Below, one piece after another: positions 39,631 to 53,000 of a stretch of DNA of 64,000 nt. Below the pieces are notes generated by a model, which saw nothing but the letters and a program-made list of their open reading frames with translations, searched no databases and was not told the DNA's origin. Made by a program: the position numbers and the translations under genes. Numbering within the stretch: position 1 is the first letter of the stretch; each line of letters begins with the position of its first letter. This DNA is from Massalongia carnosa (lineage: Eukaryota): assembly GCA_965645245.1 (NCBI GenBank), contig OZ287071.1, positions 1,488,001 through 1,552,000 on the forward strand, written 5' to 3'.

Positions 39631-42600
39631 CAATCGGGTACCGGAAGTTACCGTCCGGTCGATTTTACCCCATCATTTGCCCCTCTTTCACCATATTAAA
39701 ATAATTTTATCTAGATGATGCTGAGATTTGATGGTAAAACACGCAAATGGTAGATTATATGCTACCCTATTTCATACTTTCAATAGGCTAATATTTGATG
39801 GAGCCTCCTTTTGCTGCTATAACCAATCGACAACGTTTTTCCATGCTCTCTATACACCTCCTGAAATCCTCCTCAGTAAGCAGGCCCCATTCCTTCTCTA
39901 TCGTCACTTTCATCTCATCAACTGAATGAATTTGATGTCGTCTTGCACTGACTCGATGTTTTATGATGCGCCAAAGGTTCTCTATGGGGTTGAGATCGGG
40001 TGATTGGGCTGGCCAATTCATGCGTATCAACCCCAATTCATGGCGATATTTGGTGGTAGTTTTTGAGGTATGATATCCCGCCCCATCGTCCATCCATATC
40101 ATATAACCTCTTTCTTTGATGCATCTTTCATAAAATGGTAATCCTAGCTCTTTTAGAACCTGGTTGACGTAAATATCGGAGTTCATGCGCCCTTCCTTCT
40201 GTAAAAAGTGAACTGGTCCTTTCAACCCCAAAGTTATAGCCCCAAATCCCTATCGTGGTGCGTCCGCTTTTGAAAGTAGGCTTCAAATAACGGGACTCCA
40301 TTGCCGTGCCTTTTGGCCGTGTCACATAGCAGGATCGAGTATCTAAACCTGTTTCAAAAGAGGCTTCGTCCGTCCATATAACATGCAACCACTCTTCCAA
40401 CTTCCAATTGACATGATCTTTGGCCCATTTCAGTCTGGCTTGCTTGTGATGATGATGATGATTGATTCTTGTACCGATCTGACACCGGCCGAAGGCCGGC
40501 CCATGCGGGCTATCTACTTATTCTTACAGGGAAAACCTTTTAAAGGAATAAAAACCATGCAGACTGCGCCATTATCCCAAAAGTATTCCGTTTCTGGACT
40601 ACATTCTTCGCTCGATGTTCTGTGAAATCCTTGACAAAATGAGAGTTATCACTCGTATAACAGTTGCGATGCTAGTGAAAATTGGGTCAGCAAATTTGCT
40701 TTTATTATCCATGTGGTTAGTTTTTTCAACATTTTCGACGAGCTCATGATCGTTCGATAGTCGTTGGTGCCTATTTGTTTTAGCACTTCGTATCTGCCGT
40801 CGATTAGCCTGCAATGTAGAATAATGTGTTTGGCTGTCTGCTTCTGCCATCCGCACGAGCAGGCCGGGGTCATAACGCCCGGTACCCGACGATTGAACAG
40901 GAAGTTTGACAAGCCTATTTTTTCGGTGCGGATTTGCGTGGTTAGCGCGCTTTCTGCTTTCATCAGGTTGTTGTGAATCTTCAGTCTCGTCCTACTGAGA
41001 GATCCCAACTGTGCCTCTGTCGGGCGGGGAATGCGGTTCTGGTACGTCTTCCATTTGGAGTCCCAGCGTTCCTTGATGCGTTCTGTGGTGGCCTTTGTGT
41101 GTTTCTCTATGGTATGGCGTGTCGTGGTGCATTTTTCGAGGTGCGCCGGGTCGGGTGTGGACCAGGGCGGGGGCGATGGGGGCATTGTGACTGGTGCCTC
41201 GTTATTCAACATTTTGCTGGCCCATTCGTATTTCAACTCTCCTGGGGTGAGGTGTTGCGTTCTTTTGCGCCCTGCCTTACCCCGTAGCTTGTTCGCTATT
41301 GTGTTGCAGGCTTTGGAAATCAGTTTCGCCTGCCCTGCGGCCCGTAGACGATACCTTGATTTTATCTGTAGATTGTCCAGATGCAACTCCATGGGGGCGA
41401 TGAACGTTTCCGCTTCGAGAACTTCGACGGGTGTTGCCTTGAACGCCCCTGTCACGGTGCGTAAGCATTTGTTCTGCATGACGCTGAGTTTGGACGTCGT
41501 GGCCTTGTTTTTCTTGATTTCCCTGGGTGTGTGCCACACGGTGCTTCCATAAGTCATTGCCGGGCGAACGATGGCGGTGTAAACCTGCCGGGCCTTCGCG
41601 AAAGAAGCTCCCCAGGTAGATATCGATATTTTTGTGAGCGCCAGCGACTGCGACGTCATCTTTTCCTATGTTTTCCGTATGTGGGCTCCCCATTTCAATT
41701 TGGTGTCAATTTGGAGGCCCAGAACTCGTATGTCCGTTTTCGGTTCTATTAGGTTGTTTTCTATTTGAATAGTAGCCGACATGTCGAATTTCTTTGGATT
41801 TCTGGACAAATGAATGAGCTCATACTTATCCGGTGCAAATACGGACCCGTGGCGTGCCGCCCATAGTTCGCATTTTCTGTGAATTCTTTCGAGGGTTCTG
41901 CAGTTTTCTTCCGTGCTTTTGCCGTATGCCAACACATTTACGTCGTCTACAAATCCTAGCGCGCTCGTGTTTGTGCCGGGTCTCTCGCATATCTCTAAAA
42001 GGTCTGCATTGTAGAACAGGTAGAGAATAGGGGAAATAGGTGAGCCTTGAGGAATGCCCGTGCGCACCGCGAACTCCTCGGTTACTCGCCGGTTTATCGT
42101 TAGCGTGGTTCTTCTTTCCTTCAGAAAGCTTGCCGTCCAGTCTGTGATCCATTTCGGGATTTTCCTTTTTCGCAGATTGTGTATCAGCCTGCGATGAGAC
42201 ACTGTGTCGAATGCGCCTGCTACATCCATGCTGAGGAGAGTTGCCACCTTGTTGTTGCCTTGTCCCCATACAGTGTGTACCTGTTCGGTGAGGAGTTCGA
42301 GCGCAGACTCGGTAGATCGGCCACGCCGAGTACCCATTTGTGTGTCCGGCAGGAGCCGGTGCTGTTCTGCTATATGAGTGATCTTCCTTGCGATGACTGC
42401 TTCTAATACCTTACCCATTGTGTTCAGTAAAGCTATGGGTCTGTATGACTTTGTACTGGTATTGTCTTTCTTTCCCGGTTTTCTGAGCGCGATCGTGTTT
42501 GCTCTTTTGAACTCGCGGGGATGATACGCATGCGTGACGCAAGCCTGAAATAAAGGGGTTAGCAGCTCTGCTAGCTTTGTGGAGCATGCCTTGAGAATTC

Positions 42601-45600
42601 TGTTGGTGATCCCGTCAGGGCCCGGAGCCTTGTCGGACTTAAGACGTTGTATGTTTGCGATCACTTCGTCATTTGTGATTGTCATGGGGCAATCCGCGGC
42701 GGCGGGGTAGAACGACCCAAATATGTCGCTCAAGTCGGCCGGCGGGGGGGGGGAAAGAATTTGGCTTTCAGCATTTCCGCTTTTTCTTCGAACGTCTCCG
42801 CTGTTTGCCCTTCGTGCCTCAATGGCGGCATTTTCGGTATCTCGCGGGGCTTCTGACTCTTGTCTTTTGCCCATCTTGCTAGCTTCCATATGCCCAACGG
42901 CGACTCGGTGGCTTTGCTTATCTCTTTGCGAAATGAGAGCGTTTTTGCTTTTTGGATTGTCTTTTGCTTCTTGTCGTTGGACTTCATATATGCCTTCCAG
43001 TCGTCTAAATGGCGCGATGACGACCAGAAGCGGCGCAATTTGCGAGTCTCGCGGGTGGCGCGGTTGCATTCTTCGTTCCAAAAGGGTTTCGCATATTCGC
43101 TGGGTCTGGCCCAGGGGACGGAGGCGGTTATGATTTTCTGCAGGAATTCTTGAATTGTCTGAGCGTACTGGTCTATTTCTGCGGTTGAGCGGGGGTGGGT
43201 TACGGGCGGGGCGTTGCTTTCAACCTCCCTCACTTTCTCCATGTTCAGCAGCTTCCATGCTCTGCGCTTTACATTCGTTAGCTGTTCACTCCCGAGAAGA
43301 ATGCGAGTGGATATCGGAATGTGATCAGAGGATTGATTCATTTCCGGTCTTGACATGCAGTGTTCCAGTCTTTCCGCCAGAAATTCCGACATGAATACTA
43401 GATCTATAGTGCTAAAAGAGTTTCGGGCCTCCCACGTGGCGGTTCCTTTGGGCAGCGTCAGTGAGAGGTGAAATTCTTCTACTATATTCAATAACTGATC
43501 TGCGGCTGCGGGTTGTGTTGGCCTTGTGATTCCATTCCAAAAGGGGTGGTGAAGATTGAAGTCGCCGAGAAGAACGTGCTGTGCGTCTAGGGCAAGCTGC
43601 TGGCGTACGACAGGGAGTGTGGACGGGCTGTCTGTGGATGAATAAGATGACGGGGACGGGTTGTACACGTTATGAATGTGCAGCACTTTCGTAACCCCAT
43701 CGGTATACACGTTCAATTTCAACGTGCATAGATCTGCGGTAGGGAATTCTACTTCCCAGCTTTCCGGGTCTATTTTCTCGTTAACGTAAAAACATACGCG
43801 TGTGTCACCGCCGGGACGATACAGAAGATGAAATCCGCTTTGATGTGAGCTGAGCGTTGTGGGAGCGTGCGTGCTCCGCCACGGTTCCTGTATTGCTATA
43901 ACATCGTAGTCCTGCGTGTTTAAATCTGCCAAAAGTGGAATCATGTGCTTACTCGATCATTTCTGACGTTTTACTGTAGTATGTTAATGGAGTTTGTGTC
44001 CTTCATAAATCTCCTTCTTCCATTACGTCCGTTGCCGGGGCGGTGGGGTGGTCCGATTCTGGGTCGGCGGGGAGGGAGATGTTTCAAGGGTCGGCGGGGG
44101 GGGGGCAGGATCCGTGCGGGACGGGGCGGGTGTTGCTGCGGTTGGTGTATTTGGTGGTCTGCCAAGAGTGGGCTTTGCCATCGCTCTTTGCATGTTCATG
44201 GGTTTCATGGTCTCCGTGTCCTTCCATGACATGCCCGCTACGCGGCTGGGACCTGCCGAGGAGACTTCTTGGGAACCCGCTGGGGCGGTTTTCCTTTTCT
44301 TGCTTGTGACGACCTTCCAGGCACCGTTGACGGGTCTCTCCGTTGCCTCCCCTGGTGTTGCGCTGCATTCCTTGTCCGTTGAGGTTTGAGACGAGAAGAT
44401 GAATGACCGTGCTACGATCGGGTCGCCCGTGACGAAGAGCTGGGGTGAGCTTTTCCTGGCCTTCTCTATCTTGCTCATTTCTAGTAATCTGAGTTTGCAT
44501 GTTGGGGCCCACGCTACGTGGCCTCTCTCCTCGCAGCATGCGCACCTTTTGTGTTTACCTGTTGTTTCTAGGTTGCATTCGTTGGTCGAGTGCCCGCCGG
44601 CGCAGAGCCCGCACGCCGTTGGGTTGCGGCAGCGATTTCCTATGTGTCCATATTTATAGCAGTTGAAGCACTGCGTTAGCTTGCAACTTTTTACGAATTT
44701 TTCGCAATTCTTAATCTCATGATCGACGAGGAAGCCCTCGGTGATGAGGCGGTTCGCCATAGCGGGAGTCTCTACTTCTACATGCAGCGACGAGTATGTC
44801 TTCATTTCTTTGATGGCCCTGAACGACTAGGCGATTCTCGTGATTTTAGGCCTGAGTGTAATCGTGCGTTAGCTGCCTGCAGGTATTGTATGGTTTGATT
44901 CTGATTGGTGGCATCGATATGTGCCATCTTTACTCCGCTAGCTCGTACTGCATAGGTGCGGCGTTGGACTGTAGCAGACGCCGCAATCGCGGTGATCCAT
45001 TCAGTGTTTTCATGTAAGGTCTTCTTGACCTCTGCTGATTCTGCGTGAATTCATATGTCTCCGCTTGTAAGTCGCGATATTCCCACTATCCCTTCGACGT
45101 TTTTCTGCAGCGATTCCACCAACTCCTGAGTGGGCATCTGTCTCACTCTTTCTCGATCGGCCTCGTTCGTGACTCGTAGTGTGATCTCCCGGGCCCTTTT
45201 GGCCTCGCTGGGGGATGGCTCTTTGGTTTTTTGGGGTTTGGGGTGCTTAAGATTGTACGTCGGGCTTTGCCCGGCCTGGTTCTGGGGCGCCAGCGGGGTG
45301 GCCGCGGCGGCGTAGCCTGTGGGGGGCTCCTTATTCTTTTTAGTGCCTTCCATGCGATTAAGTGCGTTTCTTATGTCCCGTAGGGACTCTGCTACCGTGA
45401 CGGTGTCTTCGTTTTCCGAATTAATGTGAAGCTGGGCTTGCAACGTGGCTTTAACCTCCTTCAACAGAGTTTGCGCCACCGGGTCTCCTACGCTGTTACC
45501 GGGCTTTAAGTACTCATCTATCTTTGCTCCCAAGAGCTTTATCTTCTCCTCCTGCTCCTTCTTGCGTTTCTCGCGGTCTTGTGCGAGTGTGTTGATCATT

Positions 45601-46133
45601 TTCGAAGTTTCCCCTAACTATCTCTGGCTTGCTTGTGTTTGAAAGAAAGAAACGGCTTTTTTCTGGCCTTGAATCGCAGATATCCCGAACTCTTCAGATA
45701 TCTTCGTACGGTGCCTCGAGAGAGAGAATTTCCAGATTTGGAAGGAGTAGCCAACGCAGCCAAACTGTCATGAGGATAAAGCTCTACATGACGAATTAAA
45801 GCTCTTCTAGCACGAATATTCAGTTTCAAAGGTCGACCAGCTCGTTTAGTAGAGCGCAATGGGTGGTGGGAATTCCCAGTCTCTCGATGAATGATGGTGG
45901 TGATGGAGGACTTAGGAACGTTTAATTCTTTAGCTATTTGACCATGCGATTTATTCGCTCGATGAAGAGCAATTATCACCGCAATGGTCTCAGATGAATA
46001 TTCACGTCTAGCATTTTTTGGTATGAAAGGCATTATTTTATTTACTAATTTGATGATAGAATAGTATCAATTTGAAAAGTTTCGATGATTAGCTAATTAG
46101 CGAAATCGGACGGTGACTTCCGGTACCCGATTG
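39631..46133 (-). mobile_element. Tc1/mariner DD34E transposon (element D, same TIR family as A), interrupted by a LINE
   Basis: 27-bp TIRs CAATCGGGTACCGGAAGT(T/C)ACCGTCCG with TA on both sides. Transposase N-half 46033-45623 and C-half ~40433-39788 (WTDE, WMDDGAGYH, SPDLNPIE). Confidence 0.93.
40449..45622 (-). mobile_element. Tad1-like non-LTR retrotransposon (LINE), near full length, disrupted
   Basis: 15-bp TSD TCTGGCTTGCTTGTG (40434-40448 / 45623-45637); (CAT)n 3' tail. ORF1 gag with three CCHC-type knuckles (45599-44023). ORF2 with APE endonuclease (IAIQEPW, GDFNLHH, SDH), RT (KAPGPDG, YRPIALL, GIPQGSPISP, FVDD) and C-terminal CSCG...HIILHC, ending at 40649. Confidence 0.95.
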
Positions 46134-46235
46134 TACAAGGTTACCTTGTATTGTACTTCGTACTTACTATGTAGTACAGACTCGACTTTAATAAACCTCG
46201 TTTACGGAACATAGAAGATCAACAACCTCCTCACA

Positions 46236-47272
46236 ATGCCTTCCAAACTTCAATTTCTCTTTCAAGCAAGCAACATCCTCACCCGTCCATCATTCCAAAT
46301 TTCTCCATTCCTCATCCCATTCTTGCATCCCATTAACCAAACCCTCGGCCGCCGCGCCGCCTCCGTCCTTTCTAGTCTCTCTGACAACCCAGGTGCTTAC
46401 CACAAAAAAATCCGACGTGGCCGCGGCCCCGCTTCAGGCAAAGGCAAGACCTCTGGTCGTGGACACAAGGGCCAGAAGCAGCACGGAAAAGTTCCTCGCG
46501 GTTTTAATGGCGGCCAGACAAAAGATGAAGACGTGAATCCTATTCGCGGGTTTTACAATAGAGTGAAACCGTATGTCAAAAACCCTCCAAACCCTTCCAG
46601 GCTTTTCTGGTCTATTGTTTCATTCAGCTAATGACTCTTCTTCTCCAATATAGTTTCACTGTCGACCTAACTCCCTTGAACCTTCACAACCTACAAGCCT
46701 GGATCGCCCAAGGTCGCATCGATCCCGCCCATCCCATCACCATCAAAGAGCTCGGCCAATCCCGCTGCATTAACCCCGCCGCTCTGAAAGACGGTGTCAA
46801 GCTCCTCGCCACCGGCGCCGAATCTATAACAATACCCTTGCACATAGTCGTCTCGCGTGCCTCCGCTGCCGCTATCTTGGCCGTAGAGCGTGCAGGCGGG
46901 TCCGTCACGACGAGGTATTACACCCCGTTTTCCATCCAACGCATTCTAAAGGGGAAGACGGATCCAATCCGATCGCTGCAGTCGCAGCCTGTAGCGCAGT
47001 TGTTGCCAGTTTTTTCTGTCGCCGCCGCTAATCCGCCGACGCAACCTGGCGGGGAGGAGAAGGAGTGGCAGAACCGGTTGCCGGATCCCGTGAGCAGGAA
47101 GGCAATCGAGTATTATCGTGATCCGGAGCATAGGGGCTATTTAAGCTATCAATTGAAGCCGGGCCAAGGGCCGAGTTTGTTTTACAAGTCGCGAAAGGTC
47201 GGGGTGGAGCGTATGCAGGAGGGGGCGACGAGGGCAAAGGGGGCCACGGCTGCGGAGAGTAGGCTTTGGTGA
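46236..47272 (+). CDS. MRPL10: Mitochondrial large-subunit ribosomal protein uL15m (YmL10)
   Basis: [61 protein letters not shown]; one intron at ~46571-46653. Confidence 0.93.
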
Positions 47273-48001
47273 TTATTGGTAGATGTTCGGGGATTGGTCG
47301 TCGAGCGAAAGGGAACAGGTGGATGACGAGCAGAAGACGAGGTTTGTAGTCCGGGGAAGAGTTCGGATGGTCAATCGACACGACTACGTATACGCATCGT
47401 TCCCAATCCGCACGCCGAAGAGTATGCGCTGCGCCTCGCACCACGGTGAAGAGTCATGGAACGAGCAAGCCGTGTCGTGCTGATATATAAAATATCTAAA
47501 ATAGCCCTTAAGCTGATCAGCACAATATAATCTTCCAAACTCTCATACTTGGCTTGATTTCAACCCCCCCCCCCAAATGCATACCTCCTCTCTTCAGGCG
47601 ACTCCCCCCCCCTCCCGAGATTTGCCCGACCCCCTATACATCAATCGCTACCTCCCTCCAGTACTCTAACTAATTTCCAGAGTATCGAAATAACTACCTC
47701 TCTGGAGAACACCAATTGAACGAATGACCAGGGGGGGGAAGTATATGTAGTAAGATAGAGAAAAGTAGAGAGGGATAGGTCTCCAATTACACCAAGGGTG
47801 TGTGGATACGTAATCTAATAACAGAGGCAAATGAAGAAACTCTTGTTCGTTTCCGATGAATACCGCTTTTATATAAATCGAGAGCTTATAAAGCTACCTG
47901 CTACTGCCCTTAATTATCCACTCTCCCCTAAAACGAACCTCAAAGAATTCCATCAAGGTAATATCCTAGAACTTTGATAACCCTCTCCAACCGAATACCG
48001 C

Positions 48002-50008
48002 CTAGAAAAGCCCGGCGAAAAGCCGTGCTAGCAGATTTCGGAGGGTTTTCCTTGGCTCCCCCTGCCGATCGAGTTCGAGCTCGCGCAACCCCGTCTTGAC
48101 GTCCATTTGATGCGCCCGGACGTAAAAATCCCCTCCGCGCCGATAGATTTTCCAGAACACATAAAGGAAGATAACGATGGGAGCTGCGAGAAAGTTTTGG
48201 AAGAAAGCCTCTGCATTGGGCTTTTTGCCGACGGGCTATTCCAAGAGGATGACAAATTAGTTATGTGTTGAGCAAGTGCCAAAGCCGCTCGGGTTCAGCT
48301 GTGTTTCAAGCGGAGGGGGGGGTAAAACTTACGAACAGCGAAGTATAGAATGTCGCAATGAACGCCAGACAATTCAGCGCGAATCCCAGATAGCTTCCCC
48401 CCACCCCGAGGCTGGCCTGATACGGTAGCTCCTCTAGCCCATGGCCCTGGGCCTTCCACCCGCGCCGAAACCGAATGTGGGAGAGGCAAATGCTGCCCCA
48501 GACAAAAAAATTGGACAACCCCGCCAACGACAAGAGCCAGCCAAAAATGTTTTCTCCCGCTGGCGCTTCGTTGATGAAAGCGAGCAGGCCGAAACACATC
48601 TGGACAACAATACACCAGAAAGGGCGGCCTTTTCGGTCAATATGAGCAAGAAATTTGGGTCCCATTTTGTTCGCGGCCAGAGCTTGTAGGGTGCGCGTAG
48701 AGGCATAAGTGCAGGAGTTTGCAACGCTGATGACGGAAATAGTAATCACGGCGTTGAAGACCGAAGGGAGACCTTTAATACCGGCAGCCTGGATGGACAG
48801 AACGAATGGAGAAGCCTTGGTGTTTGCGCCGGACGATCCAAGCAAGTCCGGGGAGTCCGACGGTAAGATCAACCCCACGATAAAGAGACTTATGACGTAG
48901 AAACATGAGATTCGCCAGAAGACTTGTTTAGTGGCTTTGGGGAGTGATCTGCGAGGATCGGAGGCCTCAGCCGCAGCGAGGCCAACCAGTTCTGTGCCGG
49001 CAAAGGCGAAAGATGCGGTGACAAACACCGAGCAGAAGCCTTTGAAGCCATTGCGGAAGGCGCCTGGCTGATGCCAATACCGGGCACCGATGTAGCCGCG
49101 ACTGTCCGTAGGAACGCCGCCGCAGTCAATGACGATGCCAAGAATGATGAATCCAACAACGGCGACGATTTTGATCACGCCAAGAACGAATTCAACTTTG
49201 CAGATGCCGTTGCGTTAGCCATGAAAATTTAAGTTTGGACATCTGAGTCCATTGTTGTTGCGCTAACCTTCACCGTATCCGCGCACTCCAAAAACCTGGA
49301 CCAATATCAGGATTGCCAGAAAGACAGTTATCCAAACGCCAACGTTGATGTTAGTTCTCCAGAACTTAATCGTTATCCCCGCGGCGGAGAGCTCAAATGG
49401 AAGCACAATGAGCCAACCAATTGCATAGTCCCATCCCATCGCAAATCCCCTGGATAGATATGTAAGGAATGTATGTATCAAAGGAGACAATGGTTTTGGG
49501 AGAAGCCTTCACTTACCAAGCAGGATCCAGGAAACGCACCGAGTACATGTAAAATGCGCCGTTGACAGGATATAAGACCGCAAGTTCCCCCAATGCTTGT
49601 ACTGTGCAAAGTAGCATCACTCCGACAAGCATGAAGGCCAGTAACTAAGGCGTCAGATTAGCTAGGCTCTATCAAATGCAAAGGTTTGGTTGCCCAAAGC
49701 CCGCGCGTAACTTTTTGGAAAGCTACACACCACGCTGGCCGGACCTCCATTGTGAAATGCGCCTCCCGAACCAACAAAAAGACCGGCACCGATGGAACCT
49801 CCTATACCAATGAGTAGCTTAGTAGGAAATCATATTAATTGAGCTCCGCCACAGGTAGAGACATACCTATCGCGATCATTTGCATGTGCCGGCCTTTCAA
49901 ACCCCGAGTAAGTCCAGGAGTGGTGGATTGCAGTTCAACCGCATCTTCAAGCTCTCCTTCGTTAGATGCTTGGCCTCCTATCTTTGCTTCTTTTTCTTTA
50001 TCCTCCAT
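48002..50008 (-). CDS. Amino-acid permease (APC/YAT family, Gap1-like), multi-exon
   Basis: LKGRHMQMIAIG|GSIGAGLFVGSG, FGVRGYGE, FAFAGTELVGLAAAE, LPKATKQVFWRI, ASPFV. ATG at 50008; TAG at 48002. Confidence 0.92.
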
Positions 50009-53000
50009 AATTGACACTCGAGATCTCCAAAGCTCCGAGGAATGAACTGCATGGAATGTACACGGTATATAAAAGACAGGGATATTGATGACGAACGATC
50101 AAAGCAAACACAATATGCACTTCCCAGCCAGGATAGGCAGGTGGGTGTTCAGGACACCACGCCTATCATGTACCTCGTTCATCCGAACTTTGCACTCTGT
50201 ACTCCGTAGATGTAGCGAGTACTCTGTAGATAAACTCAGTCCACAGGTGATGGCTGCATCGGGTTATCCATGAAGTGTCACTACTCTCAGCACAACGGAG
50301 GCTGATATAGGTCGATTTCTCAACAACATCTCGACATGATCGTGCAAGGGCAGAACAAGAGACAAGACGCAAGGGGGTTGGTTGCCGTGTAGTTATCCGG
50401 TTGGGCAGAGGTGGGACTCTATCAAGTGAGGAGTGGAAGCACCATAACAAGCCATCCAAGCGTCTCGCCAGCTGGCTGTTTGCAATACAACACATAATCT
50501 AAAAAACATTATTGAAATAGTTGTGCAGGCAGGGCGTTATATCCAATTTACGGAGTACTTGATCTAGAAAATGGATGAATCCTATTTGATCGCTTGAGAG
50601 AATAGGCTTACAGTACCACCGAAAAAGGCTGCCTTCACTTAGCCCACAGTCTCAGACACCCCTCTTGCTCTGCAGTAAGTCGTCGTAATACTTTGTGCAT
50701 TTCTTTGACGAGAGCTTGCGAACATAGCGATCATTACTTAATACTTGGGAAACTGATCTAGTGATAGAAAGAGTTCTTTACGCTGATATCTTTGCAAGGG
50801 TTCCTGTTCAAAGGTTCATGCACAAGCAGTTGTCTGGCGGCGCCTGCTCTGCAAAACTCTCTGGAGCGTGGCCCAATAGAAGTGTATGTACTCGTTGCTT
50901 TGATTGCTCCGAATGCCATAAGTTCGATCGTTCTCCATTTCATTCGCCGATCTTGCGATTTTCTCATCTCTCTTCTCTCGATGAGCCTCTGCTTTGGCAG
51001 CCCAGCCAGTGTCTCTTCGTATCAAAGCATTTTTTGGTCTTCGCTATCCACTTTTCTATGCGGCCTATTTCACACCGGTCGTGCCAAGTGTAAGTGAGGA
51101 TGATGTGAAGGAGAAATATCTGTTTGATGGACGTTTAATAACCTTAATCCCCCATTTTGGGGCTACTGCGAAATCTACGTGGACCTTGTTATCTTTCTTC
51201 GACCCGACTATCCTAGATACCCATGAGACATATGGTGATTTTTGTCCGGTATCATAGTTCTTTGCCCTACTGCTTTCGTTCATTTATTTCCACGTATAAA
51301 ACGCCACATATATCACCCTTTAGCCATGAAATGTGGATCTTCAATGCCAAACCCTGGGATTTTATAGTTCATAGCTCTATTAGGGCTCGTGATTATTCTT
51401 GTTGCACACAGCCATAAATTTTCAAATAGGGGGAGTGGTTTCTCCTCTATCCAACCCCCCTTTTGAATCAGGCTTGGCATACTCCAAATCTCTTCATGTC
51501 ACTATGAAGTGTCAAGGGCAGAAGCTACCAAATCGGTCGAATTCTATGAAATTCTGAAACTCTTATCGAGCTAATGGTAGCAAGGATCCTCTTTTCCAAA
51601 CACCCCAAAATGAGTAGGAAAGGACGCTGCAGTATGAAAAATATATAACTCCAGGACTCCTAGAGAGGAAACTCGAGCATGCTACTTCTATATCCAACAC
51701 TCCTTTCCGGATCATTATATTCAAATTTGCCCTTCATAGATCAATTCTGATGTGGTTCTCTACCTAAATAGATTTCACTGATTTGTGGGTTTTCCGACAA
51801 CTTCTTTATTTGTTGCTGATCCCCTTGAAGAGTCATGGTCGTAAGAATCCTTTTCTTTCGTGCAATAAGATTAATGTCAAGATTCAGAACAGGGGAGAAC
51901 CTTGCCGTTCGTTGGTATGCGCTTCCATCCATTGCGCCTTATGAATAGGAAGTTTGAGCGCAACGAGCGGTCCGAGTATGCGACTTCATGTAGTTCTCCA
52001 TTCATCTCATTGCCCGGCGGCTCTGTTTAGCTTCTCCGCTCCTTTCCCTAATGCCAGAATCTGAAGTGAGCCCGAGTTCAAGTTTTCTTGCTTGCTGTTT
52101 AATGGCTAGGAGTAAGCTTACGCTTCTTTTCGACTGGCTGCTCGATATTGGATCTATTCAAAGAAAAGAAGAGTTGAGCTCATCATAGACTAACGGGCAA
52201 ATGGAAAGTGCAACGCGAGTTGTTTCCTCTAGACAGAGTATATGGATTATGAAGCGGTTAGTCTAAGACCAACACAACGGAAGCGGAACCGCTGACGTGC
52301 GAAACTCTGCTCTACAAAAAGACTTTGTGTCGAAGAAGTTTCTTCGTTGCAGCTTTCTCCAATGGAACAAGGAGACTAACTTCTAGCCTAGCATGTTAAG
52401 AGTTTCATTCTTCATCCAAGGGATCTCTCCTGGTGATTTTACTGGGTGGCACAGAGCTGACGTTAGGAATGGAAACCAATCGGCAAGGATAATAATGCAA
52501 GGTGGGACTCTTTAGAAATTTCAATTGAACTTCTGGACCCGAGTGCCGGGATGGACCCATTCGGCTTGGAGTTTTGCTCTCCTTCTGATAACGTCTAACT
52601 CCTTCATGGGCCAAAGAGCTACCTTTGAAATAACGGGATCCCCAAAAGTTCCTTCTTGGACTTTCTCTTCCTTTGCTCCAAGAATCCGGCGAGTCTCCTT
52701 TCCCTTGTAATATCTGTACGGCAGATCCCATCCGAAGCCTCCTTGGATAAAGTAGTCGAGCCATCCTCACAACGAAAATTAAGATGGAGCGCTCTCTCAA
52801 TCTTGCGCTGCAAAGTCTCATTAGGAGTCTGCTCGTGCCATTTATCTTTATCTTTCTTCAGTCGTGATGTTTGTCGTACATGCATTTCTAAAGTCCTTGA
52901 ATATACATGGCTTGGTACAACGAAAGACCTGCGTGCATGATGTCCATTTGGCCCCTAATGGACGATGAGGTTGGTTATGCGTACAAATGAAGGAGCAGGT

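Noticed and set aside
42730..42760. Programmed frameshift in LINE ORF2
   Set aside because: It falls in a long G/C homopolymer, so an indel mutation or sequencing error is more likely.
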